A stretch of 64,000 nt of DNA from Rhodanobacteraceae bacterium. GTDB taxonomy: Bacteria > Pseudomonadota > Gammaproteobacteria > Xanthomonadales > Rhodanobacteraceae. The translations under genes and the position numbers were made by a program. Shown one piece after another: positions 44,712 to 53,467 of this stretch. Numbering within the stretch: position 1 is the stretch's first letter; each line of letters opens with the position of its first letter. The stretch covers positions 14,850 to 78,849 of the forward strand of contig JBQCCR010000040.1 in assembly GCA_051961995.1 (NCBI GenBank), in the 5' to 3' direction. The notes under the pieces were generated by a model. It saw only the letters and a program-made list of their open reading frames with translations. It did no database searches and had not been told where the DNA came from.

Positions 44712-45161
44712 TCAATAACCGTCGCCGTAGTAGTAGCCCGGCGGGTTGTAGGTCGGCTGATAGTAGGTCGGCTGATAACCGTTGCCGTAATACGTGGTGC
44801 CGTAGCCGTTCCCGTAATAGCCGCCGTAGCCATTGTCGTAGTAACGGCTGCCGTCGTACGAGCCGTAACCGTCGTTGTAGTAATAGCCCGAGGGCGGCGC
44901 GTAGTACGTGCGCGAGTAACCCTGGGAATTATCCAGCGCATTCACGATCACGCCGCCGATAATCGCGCCGGCGAGCAGCGCGCCGACGTTGCTGCCGTGG
45001 TTGTGATCGTGCCAGCCGTGGCGGTGGTAGTCGTGATAGCCCGAATAGCGGGAATAATTGTGGTCGCGGGCGAACGCGCCGGGCGCCGCGATCATGCCGG
45101 CAGTCAATACGCCGCAGAGCAGCATCACCTTGTTGCGGAAACGCGGGGCTTGGAGCTTCAT
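44712..45161 (-). CDS. Secreted His-rich / glycine-zipper / Gly-Tyr-rich low-complexity protein
   Basis: ATG 45161 has 9-nt spacing from GAGGAGG. Signal peptide, HNYSRYSGYHDYHRHGWHDHNHG, zipper GALLAGAIIGGVIV, then about 70 residues of GY/YY repeats. Confidence 0.65.
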   Translation of the reverse strand: MKLQAPRFRNKVMLLCGVLTAGMIAAPGAFARDHNYSRYSGYHDYHRHGWHDHNHGSNVGALLAGAIIGGVIVNALDNSQGYSRTYYAPPSGYYYNDGYGSYDGSRYYDNGYGGYYGNGYGTTYYGNGYQPTYYQPTYNPPGYYYGDGY

Positions 45162-45211
45162 GGCAAACATCCTCCTCAGGACGATTGCAGTCTGGCACAG
45201 CCCGGCTAAAT

Positions 45212-45229
45212 CTAAACTGAAGAGTTTAG
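45212..45229. promoter_or_regulatory. AT-rich inverted repeat CTAAACT-GAAG-AGTTTAG upstream of the Gly/Tyr-rich gene
   Basis: Read directly. Located 51-68 nt upstream of ATG 45161, in the only AT-rich patch of this intergenic region. Confidence 0.35.
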
Positions 45230-45300
45230 TTTCTTAGCTTTCCCTTAGTGATGTGCTTCAGCGCTTCCGCGACACCGCGGTCGCGCGGCACGTCAGGGGC

Positions 45301-45945
45301 CTATGTGGACTCGGAACTGGGCTGCTCCGGAGTCTTCTCCGCATGGGTGGAATCATCGCGATGTGGCGTTCCCGGCGCCTGCTGCACCGGCCAGTTCGGC
45401 CCCTCGCGCTCGCGGCGCTTCTTGGCCTCCAGCAGCGCTTGCAGGTTGGCGACGGCCTGTTCGTGGCTGATTGCCTTGGGCTTGGGCGCACGCGGCTTCG
45501 GCGGCTTGCGTACAGGTGCCTGCGCCGCGGGGGAAGGCTGGCGCGGCAGCACGACCGGAGCCGACGGCATTTTCCAGCTCTGCTCGCGCATCAGTCGCGG
45601 AGCCGGAGTGCGCTCGACCTTCGGTGCCGGCGCGGGCGCGATCGTGCGCGCAGGTTTGGCGACGACGGCGGACTTGGCGGCGGCGCGCTTCACGCTCGCC
45701 TGCTTGGCGGACGTCTTCTCTTTCGCAGGAGATTTCGGGGTTGCAGTCTTGCGCGGCGCGGCTTTTTTCACGGCCTTCCGCACCGGCTTGCTGGCAGCTT
45801 TCCGCGCCGGCTTCTTCGCGGCGCCGCGCTTGACGGCTTTGCTGGCGGCCTTCTTCGGGGCGGCCTTTTTGGCGGCGGGGCGCTTCTTGGGCGCGGATTT
45901 CCTGCCTGCGTGCTTGGTGGACTTGCGGGCTCGGCTCATTGCCAT
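45301..45945 (-). CDS. Histone H1-like Lys/Ala/Pro-rich protein
   Basis: 214 aa. N-terminal ~110 aa are made of KKxAAKKAA-type repeats. The distinct C-terminal segment contains ISHEQAVANLQALLEAKKRRE. Confidence 0.65.
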   Translation of the reverse strand: MAMSRARKSTKHAGRKSAPKKRPAAKKAAPKKAASKAVKRGAAKKPARKAASKPVRKAVKKAAPRKTATPKSPAKEKTSAKQASVKRAAAKSAVVAKPARTIAPAPAPKVERTPAPRLMREQSWKMPSAPVVLPRQPSPAAQAPVRKPPKPRAPKPKAISHEQAVANLQALLEAKKRREREGPNWPVQQAPGTPHRDDSTHAEKTPEQPSSEST

Positions 45946-46055
45946 GTCCTCGATCTCCTTAATTCATCCCCCACGCGCTACTCGCGCACGAACGCGATAG
46001 TGCGCCTGTTCGGCGCCGATGTCACATCCGGCGCGCCGGATGTTGCGCCCCTCGA

Positions 46056-46400
46056 CTAAAAACTGCGTCCATCAACCTGCCTGATTTCCAATTGCGACGG
46101 CTCCACGCCGCGCAGGCAGCGCACATTCACCGCTGCCATCTTCCTTTCGTTCTGCTCGCCGTCGGCAAACGGCGCCACGCCGCAGACGGGGCAGAAATGA
46201 TGCGCGATCCGGTGCTCGTTGAAGCGGTAGGTGCTCATGTCCGCTTCCGGCGTGGCGAGGCGCAATTGCTCGCGCGGCACGAACCACAACAGATAGCCCT
46301 TGGGCCGGCAATGCGAGCAGTTGCATTCGTTCACCCGCTCGAGCTCGCCTTCCACCTCGAAAGCGATCCGCCCGCAATGGCACCCGCCCTGGTAGATCAT
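46056..46400 (-). CDS. GFA (glutathione-dependent formaldehyde-activating enzyme-like) zinc protein
   Basis: ATG 46400 (MIYQGGCHCGRIAFEV...NECNCSHC...HHFCPVCG) shows the GFA Cys pattern. Confidence 0.8.
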   Translation of the reverse strand: MIYQGGCHCGRIAFEVEGELERVNECNCSHCRPKGYLLWFVPREQLRLATPEADMSTYRFNEHRIAHHFCPVCGVAPFADGEQNERKMAAVNVRCLRGVEPSQLEIRQVDGRSF

Positions 46401-46467
46401 TGCCCTGCTCCGCAAACCGGTACCGCGCGATTATCGCGATTGGCCGGACGCCGGCAAGCGATGGTGC

Positions 46468-46728
46468 TCAGCGCCGACCGCGGCGCGGCTCGTCCTTGCC
46501 AAGCCTGACCTGCAACATCCCGTGATCGGTGCTGCGCCCATTCAGCGCGCTCACCGCCGCGCGCGCCTCGTGGCCTTCCATTTCCAATTCGGCGAAGCCT
46601 TTGCATTCGCCGCTGAAAAGATCCTTGGCCATGCGCAGGCTGCGCACCTTGCCGTGATCCTCGAACAGCGCCTGCAGCGCCGCTTCGGTCATGTTGCGCG
46701 GAAGGCCGCGTACGGTGATCGTCAGCAT
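46468..46728 (-). CDS. RRM (RNP-1) RNA-binding protein
   Basis: ATG 46728, 86 aa. RNP2 ITVRGL, RNP1 KGFAELEM, Arg-rich tail. Confidence 0.8.
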   Translation of the reverse strand: MLTITVRGLPRNMTEAALQALFEDHGKVRSLRMAKDLFSGECKGFAELEMEGHEARAAVSALNGRSTDHGMLQVRLGKDEPRRGRR

Positions 46729-46821
46729 CGTTGGTCTCCTGTCGGCCGGGATGATCCAACCCCGGCAACGACACAGGATCGGCAACTCGCAAGACGCGGC
46801 ACACGCGAGCGCGTGCAAAGC

Positions 46822-46850
46822 AAAACGCCGGGCGGAGGCTCCGCCCGGCG
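46822..46850 (-). terminator. Rho-independent terminator after cspA copy 2
   Basis: CGCCGGGCGG-AGGCT-CCGCCCGGCG, followed on the minus strand by TTTTG. Lies 18 nt past the csp stop. Confidence 0.75.
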
Positions 46851-46867
46851 CGGTACATCGGTGAAAC

Positions 46868-47077
46868 TCAGGCCGCCTGGACCTGGTCGGCCTGCAGGCC
46901 CTTCGGACCCTTCGTCACCACAAAGCTGACCTTCTGGCCTTCCTGCAGCGACTTGAAGCCGGTGCCCTGGATCGCGCGGAAATGCACGAACAAGTCTTCG
47001 CCGCCTTCCTGGCTGATGAAGCCAAAGCCCTTGGCATCATTGAACCATTTGACGGTTCCGGTCTTTCGATCTGACAT
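46868..47077 (-). CDS. cspA: Cold-shock protein, CspA family (copy 2)
   Basis: 69 aa: [37 protein letters not shown]. Close to 90% identical by eye to copy 1. Confidence 0.95.
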   Translation of the reverse strand: MSDRKTGTVKWFNDAKGFGFISQEGGEDLFVHFRAIQGTGFKSLQEGQKVSFVVTKGPKGLQADQVQAA

Positions 47078-47294
47078 GACAAACTCCTGATAACGTTTTG
47101 AATTGCCGCAGCTTCAAACAGCCTACAGCATGAACTGGTTGCGGGGAGTAAGCGGGGCAAAACGATGAGCGGAACGCGCATCGGGCCACGATTTACCGTG
47201 ACCCGGCAAACACAGTGCTTGACATGATACAGGTATGTAGCAGAAAACGCGAGTGACGATGATGAGTTAGTGCGAGTTCTTGAACCGGGGGATC

Positions 47295-47612
47295 TCAGTA
47301 TTCAGGTGGCACGTACACGTTGAGCGTCTTGAGCGGCTGCCGGCCGTCGTTGCGCACCTCGTGGTGCTCGCCTTTCTCGACCAACAGCAGTACGCCCGGC
47401 CGCAGCGGGTGCGGCTCGCCCTCCACCACCGCCGTGCCGCTGCCCTCGACCACGTACAGCCACTGGTCGGCATCAGCGTGCCGGTTCTGTGCATCGCCTT
47501 CCCGCTCGCCCGGCGCGATCGTCATCACCGCGCCTTGCGCGCGGGCATTGCCAAACGCGACGCGAAAACCCTCCGCAAAATCGAGCGTCCTGCATTTCAT
47601 CGGCGCCAGCAT
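47295..47612 (-). CDS. Cupin domain protein
   Basis: 105 aa. HADADQWLYVVEGSG...LLVEKGEHHEVRN is a cupin_2 motif pair. Confidence 0.75.
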   Translation of the reverse strand: MLAPMKCRTLDFAEGFRVAFGNARAQGAVMTIAPGEREGDAQNRHADADQWLYVVEGSGTAVVEGEPHPLRPGVLLLVEKGEHHEVRNDGRQPLKTLNVYVPPEY

Positions 47613-47637
47613 GCCGGCGCGAACGCGAACCCGGCGT

Positions 47638-48249
47638 TTACATGCCGAAATGCGGATTCCTCAACTGCTCCACGAAGAACACCACCACGCGCGGCTCCAT
47701 GAACACCGTGAACAGGATGCCGTAGGCCGCGCCCCACATGTGCGCGCTGTGGTTGATCGGGCTCATGCCGCGGTGTTCGCTGTAGATCGAATACGCGACA
47801 TAGGCAACCGCATAGAGGATCGCCGGCACCGGCAGGAAGAACACGAAGATCATCGCCCACGGCCGGAACAGGATGAAGGCGAACAGTACCGCCGACACCG
47901 CGCCGGAAGCGCCGAGACTGCGGTAATTGGAATCGTTGCGGTGCGTCCACCAGCTCGGCAGGATCGAAACCAGCAACCCGCCAAGGTAGAACCAGGCGAA
48001 GCCGAACGCGCCGAGATACTGCGCGTAGAAACCTTCCATCGCGCGGCCGAAAAAGAACAGCGTGATCATGTTGAACAGCAGGTGCTGCCCGTCCGCGTGC
48101 ACCAGCCCGTAGCTCAGCAGGCGCCAGTATTCGTGTCGGCGCCTGATCGCCGGCGGCCACAGGATCAGGGCGTCAATCACCCTGGCATTGCTGAACGCGA
48201 TGAACGAAACGATGCACGTTGCGGCGATCAGCAGAAGGGTTATCAACAT
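47638..48249 (-). CDS. Rhomboid family intramembrane serine protease
   Basis: ATG 48249 (MLITLLLIAATC...). YWRLLSYGLVHADGQHLLFNM, catalytic GASGAV and a downstream His. Confidence 0.85.
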   Translation of the reverse strand: MLITLLLIAATCIVSFIAFSNARVIDALILWPPAIRRRHEYWRLLSYGLVHADGQHLLFNMITLFFFGRAMEGFYAQYLGAFGFAWFYLGGLLVSILPSWWTHRNDSNYRSLGASGAVSAVLFAFILFRPWAMIFVFFLPVPAILYAVAYVAYSIYSEHRGMSPINHSAHMWGAAYGILFTVFMEPRVVVFFVEQLRNPHFGM

Positions 48250-48361
48250 CGTCCAGATATTCCCGGCAGGCAAACGGCGCACAGTGTCGCATGCACGATC
48301 GCTCCGCGCGCGGTGCTATGCTGAAGGTTCTTTTTTGATCGAGAACCACAGGACAGACCCC

Positions 48362-48763
48362 ATGCAGCATGTCTTGCTCCGCGGCGCATTCTGCGCTGCC
48401 CTCACCATTGCCATGACCACGCCCGCGCTGTGCGCGGAAGCAATCAGCTTCAGCCCCGGCAATCCGTGGTCGCAAACCATCGGCAGCGTCACCAGGAGTT
48501 CCAATTACCAGGAATACTCGGTCACCGCCGACGCCGGAAAGACGCTGCAGATCAACCTGATCTCGCGCAATCCGAATCTCTATTTCCGCGTGCTGTCCGC
48601 CGATTCGCACAAACCCCTGGTGGACACGATGAACGACGGTGCGACCACCTGGACCACCAAACCGGGATCGGGCGAAACCTTTACCGTGCGCGTGTACCAG
48701 GACCCGGCCACCATCGCCAGCGGCGACGTCACCAAATATGCGCTGCAGGTCGGCATCTACTGA
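48362..48763 (+). CDS. Periplasmic PliG-like protein (possible g-type lysozyme inhibitor)
   Basis: ATG 48362, 133 aa with a signal peptide. The order of blocks (F..G...........Y..Y.......G..L.I.L.S....Y........., G.....V...........KY.L.V.I) resembles E. coli PliG/YcgK. Similarity judged by eye only. Confidence 0.45.
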   Translation: MQHVLLRGAFCAALTIAMTTPALCAEAISFSPGNPWSQTIGSVTRSSNYQEYSVTADAGKTLQINLISRNPNLYFRVLSADSHKPLVDTMNDGATTWTTKPGSGETFTVRVYQDPATIASGDVTKYALQVGIY

Positions 48764-48796
48764 TCGCGCGCGAAGGGCGGACACGGATGTCCGCTC

Positions 48797-49420
48797 TCAT
48801 TTGTCCGGATTGTCCTGCAGGCCCCACCGACCCAGCACTCGGTGCTCGTTTTTGCCGAGCAGGCTGTGAACCAGCGCGAATTCGCGCACGCGCCAGCCGA
48901 TCGGGAACACCGATTCCGGCGCGAGCGTACGCTCGTCGTACAACAGGGTGACGTGCGGCGTGAAACGCCGCTCGATGTAGCGGCCCAGCCCAGCCACCCG
49001 CAGCCGATCGCCCAGCGCGCCCTGCAATGCAAGCAGCGCAGGATTCGAATCGTCCTTCCCGCCGCGCAGCACGCACGGCCGTTTGCGCGCACGGCCGGCA
49101 AAGCTGGCCACGCAATCGAAACTGGCCTCGAACGGCGGCGTGATCAACTTCGCCGCAGCCTCGCGCGCGGCGGCAATCAGGGACTCCGGCAACCCGGCAT
49201 GGTCGCCCAGATGATGCAGGGTCACGTGCACGCGATCCGCCCGCAGCGGATTCCCGCGCAAGCTGTGCCGTGCGCGGACCGACTGCGCCAGTTCAACGAT
49301 GCGTTGCGCCGCTTGCGCATCCGGATGCACCGCGAAGAACAGCCGGTCGGACTGCGGTGGTGCCGCGAATCCGCCGAGCTCCCCTTGTCGGCCACTTGAC
49401 CCGGAATGCTGCTGCGCCAT
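48797..49420 (-). CDS. 2H phosphoesterase / 2'-5' RNA ligase (LigT-like) family protein
   Basis: 207 aa with two HxT motifs (HVTLHHLG and HVTLLYD) at the spacing typical of the 2H superfamily. Confidence 0.75.
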   Translation of the reverse strand: MAQQHSGSSGRQGELGGFAAPPQSDRLFFAVHPDAQAAQRIVELAQSVRARHSLRGNPLRADRVHVTLHHLGDHAGLPESLIAAAREAAAKLITPPFEASFDCVASFAGRARKRPCVLRGGKDDSNPALLALQGALGDRLRVAGLGRYIERRFTPHVTLLYDERTLAPESVFPIGWRVREFALVHSLLGKNEHRVLGRWGLQDNPDK

Positions 49421-49519
49421 CCATCCTTTCTATCACGCGAGCCGATGGCGCGCCCGTCTTCGCTCGACAAACGAAGCCGCTGAGGAAAATGTCCGGCAAT
49501 GCGCCGGTGCAACGCGCCA

Positions 49520-50602
49520 TCACGCCGCGTTGGCGCCGATTTCCCAGCCGCAGGCCGAGGCCAACCGGTTGCGACCTTGGGTCTTCGCCTCGTACAACGC
49601 GGCGTCGGCCCGGCGAATCCATTCGCGTGCGTGGAGCATGTTCGCGTCTACCAGGGCGATGCCGATACTCAGCGTGCAGCGCAGATCTTCGGCCTGCTCG
49701 AATGTGGCCGCGTGCACGCTGGCGCGGATACGTTCCGCTATCTGCGCGGCCATCGCCGCATTGACGCCGTTCAGCACCACGCCGAACTCATCGCCGCCGT
49801 AGCGCCCCGCAATGTCGCCCTCGCGCATGCTGCGGCGGATGATCGCCCCGACACGGCCGATCACGTCGTCGCCGACGACGTGGCCGTAGTAATCGTTGAT
49901 CTGCTTGAAATGATCAATGTCGATCATCAGCAGCGACGCCGGGCGGCCATCCATGCGGCGGTTCTCCAGCGTGCCGGCAACCGCTTCTTCCCAGTGCGCG
50001 CGATTGAGCAGTTCGCTCAGCCCGTCCATGCGGCCGATATGCGCGAGCAGGCGGTTCTGCTGGTGCACGCGCCGGTTGAGGCGATTGGCAAGACCGGCGA
50101 CGGCCAACGGATAAAGCATGGCCAGCGGCAGGCTCGCAAGCAGTTCCTGTGGATCGGTATCCGGAAGGGGATGGAAGCCGAACACGACAATGACCAGGCC
50201 GCAGACCACGGTCTGGACGAGCACGCCGCGAAGAAGCAACCGTCCGCCTCCGACCCCGACGCAATCCATGGCCAGCAGGGTAATGAGCAATGCGCTCGGC
50301 AGCAGGTTGAAATGCATCATCGCGATCCACAGCCCGCCGCCGGCCGAGTCGATCAGTATGCTCGTGCGCTCGACGTGCATCGGCGCGGCATGCCGCTGTG
50401 CCAGCGCCCGGGCGATATGCGGCCACAACAGTCCGTAGATGACCAGCAGCACCCAGGCAACCGGCGGGACGTGATCGCGGTAGAACACCATCGCGATCAT
50501 CAGAGTCCCGAGCCCCAGCCCGAGGGTGCGCAGAAAGTGCACGCCGGCGATGAAGCGCAAGGTTTGTACGCGAAGCGATTGCTGCGGAATGACGGGAGAC
50601 AC
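49520..50602 (-). CDS. Diguanylate cyclase, MASE2 membrane domain + GGDEF (AdrA/DgcC-like)
   Basis: GTG 50602 lies 7 nt after GAGGAGG. The MASE2-like N-terminus (LRF...WVLLVIYGLLWPHIARALA) resembles AdrA. Active-site RYGGDEFGVVL. Confidence 0.8.
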   Translation of the reverse strand: MSPVIPQQSLRVQTLRFIAGVHFLRTLGLGLGTLMIAMVFYRDHVPPVAWVLLVIYGLLWPHIARALAQRHAAPMHVERTSILIDSAGGGLWIAMMHFNLLPSALLITLLAMDCVGVGGGRLLLRGVLVQTVVCGLVIVVFGFHPLPDTDPQELLASLPLAMLYPLAVAGLANRLNRRVHQQNRLLAHIGRMDGLSELLNRAHWEEAVAGTLENRRMDGRPASLLMIDIDHFKQINDYYGHVVGDDVIGRVGAIIRRSMREGDIAGRYGGDEFGVVLNGVNAAMAAQIAERIRASVHAATFEQAEDLRCTLSIGIALVDANMLHAREWIRRADAALYEAKTQGRNRLASACGWEIGANAA

Positions 50603-50841
50603 GCTGGCCCCCTCCTCTGGTTTCAGCAGGGAGTGAGCAAACGCAGTGCCATGCGCGCGGGCCAGTGTGATGCAGTTAACACTCGCGCACCGCGCGACAC
50701 ACAATGTCACCGGACCACGCACCGCGTTGATCCGTTTCCCATGCGGACGCGAGCGTACGGACAGGCAGACACGCCGCCGCTTGGACAGAGGGTCGAATTT
50801 TGGAGTCGCGCAATGACAGGCCAGCGCAATCACACTGCAGT

Positions 50842-50968
50842 GCTGCCGTCATTCCCGCGCAAGCGGGAATCCATGTTGCTCTTCCGTCCTGGCGGGCAGC
50901 AAAACCCGACGCCGGAAAATCGAATGGATCCCGGACCGCCGCTGCGCGGCGTCCGGAATGACGGCAGC
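50842..50968. repeat. MITE-like 127-bp element built from two head-to-head GTCATTCC units
   Basis: Perfect 14-bp terminal inverted repeats GCTGCCGTCATTCC / GGAATGACGGCAGC. Internal hairpins CCCGCGCAAGCGGG and CCGGACGCCGCGCAGCGGCGGTCCGG. Confidence 0.75.
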
Positions 50969-50990
50969 TGGGGGCTCGTGGTTTTCCGCG

Positions 50991-51770
50991 TCAACCCTTC
51001 GGCTTGCGGAACCGATAGATGAACTGATCGGTGTGCCCGCGGATGGACTTGTCGAACACCTTGTCGGTGTGCGTGTCCTTCGGATTGCGCAACGCGTCGC
51101 TCTGGCCGTCGAACTTGAAGCCGGCGGCTTCCACTTCCTTTTTCACCAGCATCGGATCGATCCGGTGCAGCGTATTGGTGTCGCCCGCGCCTGAACCTGC
51201 GGGCGCGGCGTGGTCGATCACCACGAAAACGCCGCCCGGCTTCAGGGCATCGTAGACCTGCTTGTTGAAGCTCTGCATGTCCACCGGCCCCATGAACGGA
51301 TCGTGGTAGTCGTGGTAGTTCTGCGAAGTGAACACGACGTCCACCTTCTGCGGCACGCTCAATTGCGCGGCGGGTTCCTTCAGCAGGCTCACGTTCTTGT
51401 AATGCGGCGTGGCGGCCAGCGACTGCCAGTTGGCGTAGCTCTTGGCGCTGAATTTGTCCATCTCCTTCGGCCACACCGTGTAGACATGTCCATCCGGCCC
51501 GACGATCGCACTGAATACGCGGGTCCAGTAGCCGGAGCCGGGAACCAGTTCCAGCACACGGTCGCCGGGCTTAACGCCCGTGAAGGCCATCACCGCGGCG
51601 ATCTGGCGGCGCGCATCGTCCTTGCCGTCGGCCGCGCGCGCGGGATCGTTGATGGCGGCGGGGGGGTAGGCCGGCGTCGCGGCAGAAGCATCCGGTGCGG
51701 GTTGTTGCCGGGCACACGCCACCGTAACCGGGGCGAGCGCGATCAATGCTGCAAAAACTTGCATACGCAT
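50991..51770 (-). CDS. Exported class I SAM-dependent methyltransferase
   Basis: ATG 51770 (MRMQVFAALIALAPVTVACA signal or lipobox-like). Motif I VLELVPGSGYW. Confidence 0.7.
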   Translation of the reverse strand: MRMQVFAALIALAPVTVACARQQPAPDASAATPAYPPAAINDPARAADGKDDARRQIAAVMAFTGVKPGDRVLELVPGSGYWTRVFSAIVGPDGHVYTVWPKEMDKFSAKSYANWQSLAATPHYKNVSLLKEPAAQLSVPQKVDVVFTSQNYHDYHDPFMGPVDMQSFNKQVYDALKPGGVFVVIDHAAPAGSGAGDTNTLHRIDPMLVKKEVEAAGFKFDGQSDALRNPKDTHTDKVFDKSIRGHTDQFIYRFRKPKG

Positions 51771-51921
51771 GGCAGGCTCCTTGAAACATCCTTGGCGGGA
51801 ACAACTCCCTCCATTGTGCGCTCGATCGGCGCGCACCGCTCGCGTGACTTCCGTCACGCTTTCACACCTCACCGGAAAAGTTCACAGTCGGCCACATCAG
51901 ACTGGCTTTGTACTTGCAACA

Positions 51922-53349
51922 ATGAGCCCAGCATCTCAGTGCGATCGGGCACGTTCATCCATGTCGAGCAACGTTTCCACCCTGCCCCGCCACCCTCTTG
52001 AATCCACCATCCGGGCCCGCCTTGATCACGTCCTGGACATGCTTGTGGATGCGGTCTGCGTGGTGGATCCGGGCGGCCATTTCGTTTACGCGAGCGCCGC
52101 CTGCGAACGCATCTTCGGCTATACCCCGCAGGAAATGATCGGCAGGCAGATGCTGGAAATGATCCACCCCGACGATCGCGCGCGAACCCTCGGGGCGGTC
52201 CAGGGGATCATGGGCGGCACGCCCAACCCGAATTTCGAAAACCGCTACATCCGCAAGGACGGCAGCGTGGTCCACATCATGTGGGCGGCTCGCTGGTCTC
52301 CCGACGAGGGCGTGCGCATCGCCGTTGCGCGCGACGTCACGGCACGCAAGCGCGCTGAAGCCATGCAGGCCGCACTGCTGGCAATCTCCGAAGCCGCGCA
52401 CACCGCGACTGACCTCAGCGATCTGTTCCAGCGAATCCACGCGATCATCGGCGGGCTGCTGCCGGCGCGCAATTTCTTCGTTGCGCTGTACGACCACCAC
52501 CGCGACATCCTGAGCTTCCCGTATTTCGTGGACGAACATGACGCCACGCCGGCGCCGCGCCCCTTGGGCACCGGCACGCTCAGCGCGGAAGTGATCCGCA
52601 CGGGCGAGGCGCTGCTGCTGAAGCCGGGCATGCAGGAGCGACTTTCCCCACTCGTGCAGACGATCATCGGCAGCGAATCACTGGACTGGCTGGGCGTCCC
52701 CCTGACATCGCAGGAGCGCACGCTCGGTGCGCTGGTTGTGCAGAGCTATTCCGGCGACACCCGCTACACCGAGGAGGACAAGCAACTGCTGCAGTTCGTC
52801 TCCGCGCAGGTCGCCACCGCGATCGAGCGCAAGCAGAATGAAACCCGGCTGCGGCATATCGCCCAGCACGATTCGCTGACCGACCTGCCCAACCGCAAGC
52901 TGTTCGACGAACGCCTCAATGCCGCGATCACGCGCGCGGCGCGCGACAACGAACCGCTGGGCCTGCTCTACATAGATCTGGATCGCTTCAAATGCGTCAA
53001 CGACACCCTCGGCCACGATGTCGGCGATCGCCTGCTGCACGAGGTCGCTCATCGCATCGCCGGTTGCGTGCGCGAAACCGATACGGTCGGTCGAATGGGC
53101 GGCGATGAATTCGTGGTGCTGCTGACCGGCATCACCGACTCGCGCCAGGCGATGGTCGTTGCGGAAAAAATCCGTGCCGCCATGCAGTGGCCGTTCGAGA
53201 CGATAGACGGGCCACAGTCCGCCACCGCCAGCATCGGTGTTTCAATGTACCGCGGTCATGGCGACGCCCAGCAACTGGTGCGTGAAGCGGACAGCGCGAT
53301 GTACGCGGCCAAGAAGGCCGGCGGCAATCGCTGCTGGACGGTAGGCTGA
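51922..53349 (+). CDS. PAS-GAF-GGDEF diguanylate cyclase
   Basis: PAS (LDMLVDAVCVVDPGGHFVYASAACERIFGY), a GAF region, and GGDEF (RMGGDEFVVLL). Start is ATG 51922 or ATG 51961. Confidence 0.85.
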   Translation: MSPASQCDRARSSMSSNVSTLPRHPLESTIRARLDHVLDMLVDAVCVVDPGGHFVYASAACERIFGYTPQEMIGRQMLEMIHPDDRARTLGAVQGIMGGTPNPNFENRYIRKDGSVVHIMWAARWSPDEGVRIAVARDVTARKRAEAMQAALLAISEAAHTATDLSDLFQRIHAIIGGLLPARNFFVALYDHHRDILSFPYFVDEHDATPAPRPLGTGTLSAEVIRTGEALLLKPGMQERLSPLVQTIIGSESLDWLGVPLTSQERTLGALVVQSYSGDTRYTEEDKQLLQFVSAQVATAIERKQNETRLRHIAQHDSLTDLPNRKLFDERLNAAITRAARDNEPLGLLYIDLDRFKCVNDTLGHDVGDRLLHEVAHRIAGCVRETDTVGRMGGDEFVVLLTGITDSRQAMVVAEKIRAAMQWPFETIDGPQSATASIGVSMYRGHGDAQQLVREADSAMYAAKKAGGNRCWTVG

Positions 53350-53467
53350 TGCAGAATCAGTGCAATCATCCCTGATTGCTGCTCGATGGATCCCTTCGCG
53401 ACGAATCAGCGCCGGCGACATTGAAGTCCCGAAGCGGCCCTGGCCGCACTTGCATGAGAGCGCACTC

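Noticed and set aside
45193-45210. Sigma-54-like TGGCAC at 45193, and TTGGCAGCCGGTGC at about 20515.
   Set aside because: The spacing between the GG and GC elements is wrong, or the -12 element is absent. The orientation of the first does not serve any gene.
47210-47250. TTGACA hexamer on the plus strand between the cupin and csp genes.
   Set aside because: Both flanking genes are on the minus strand, there is no convincing -10 box at 17 nt, and there is no downstream plus-strand gene.
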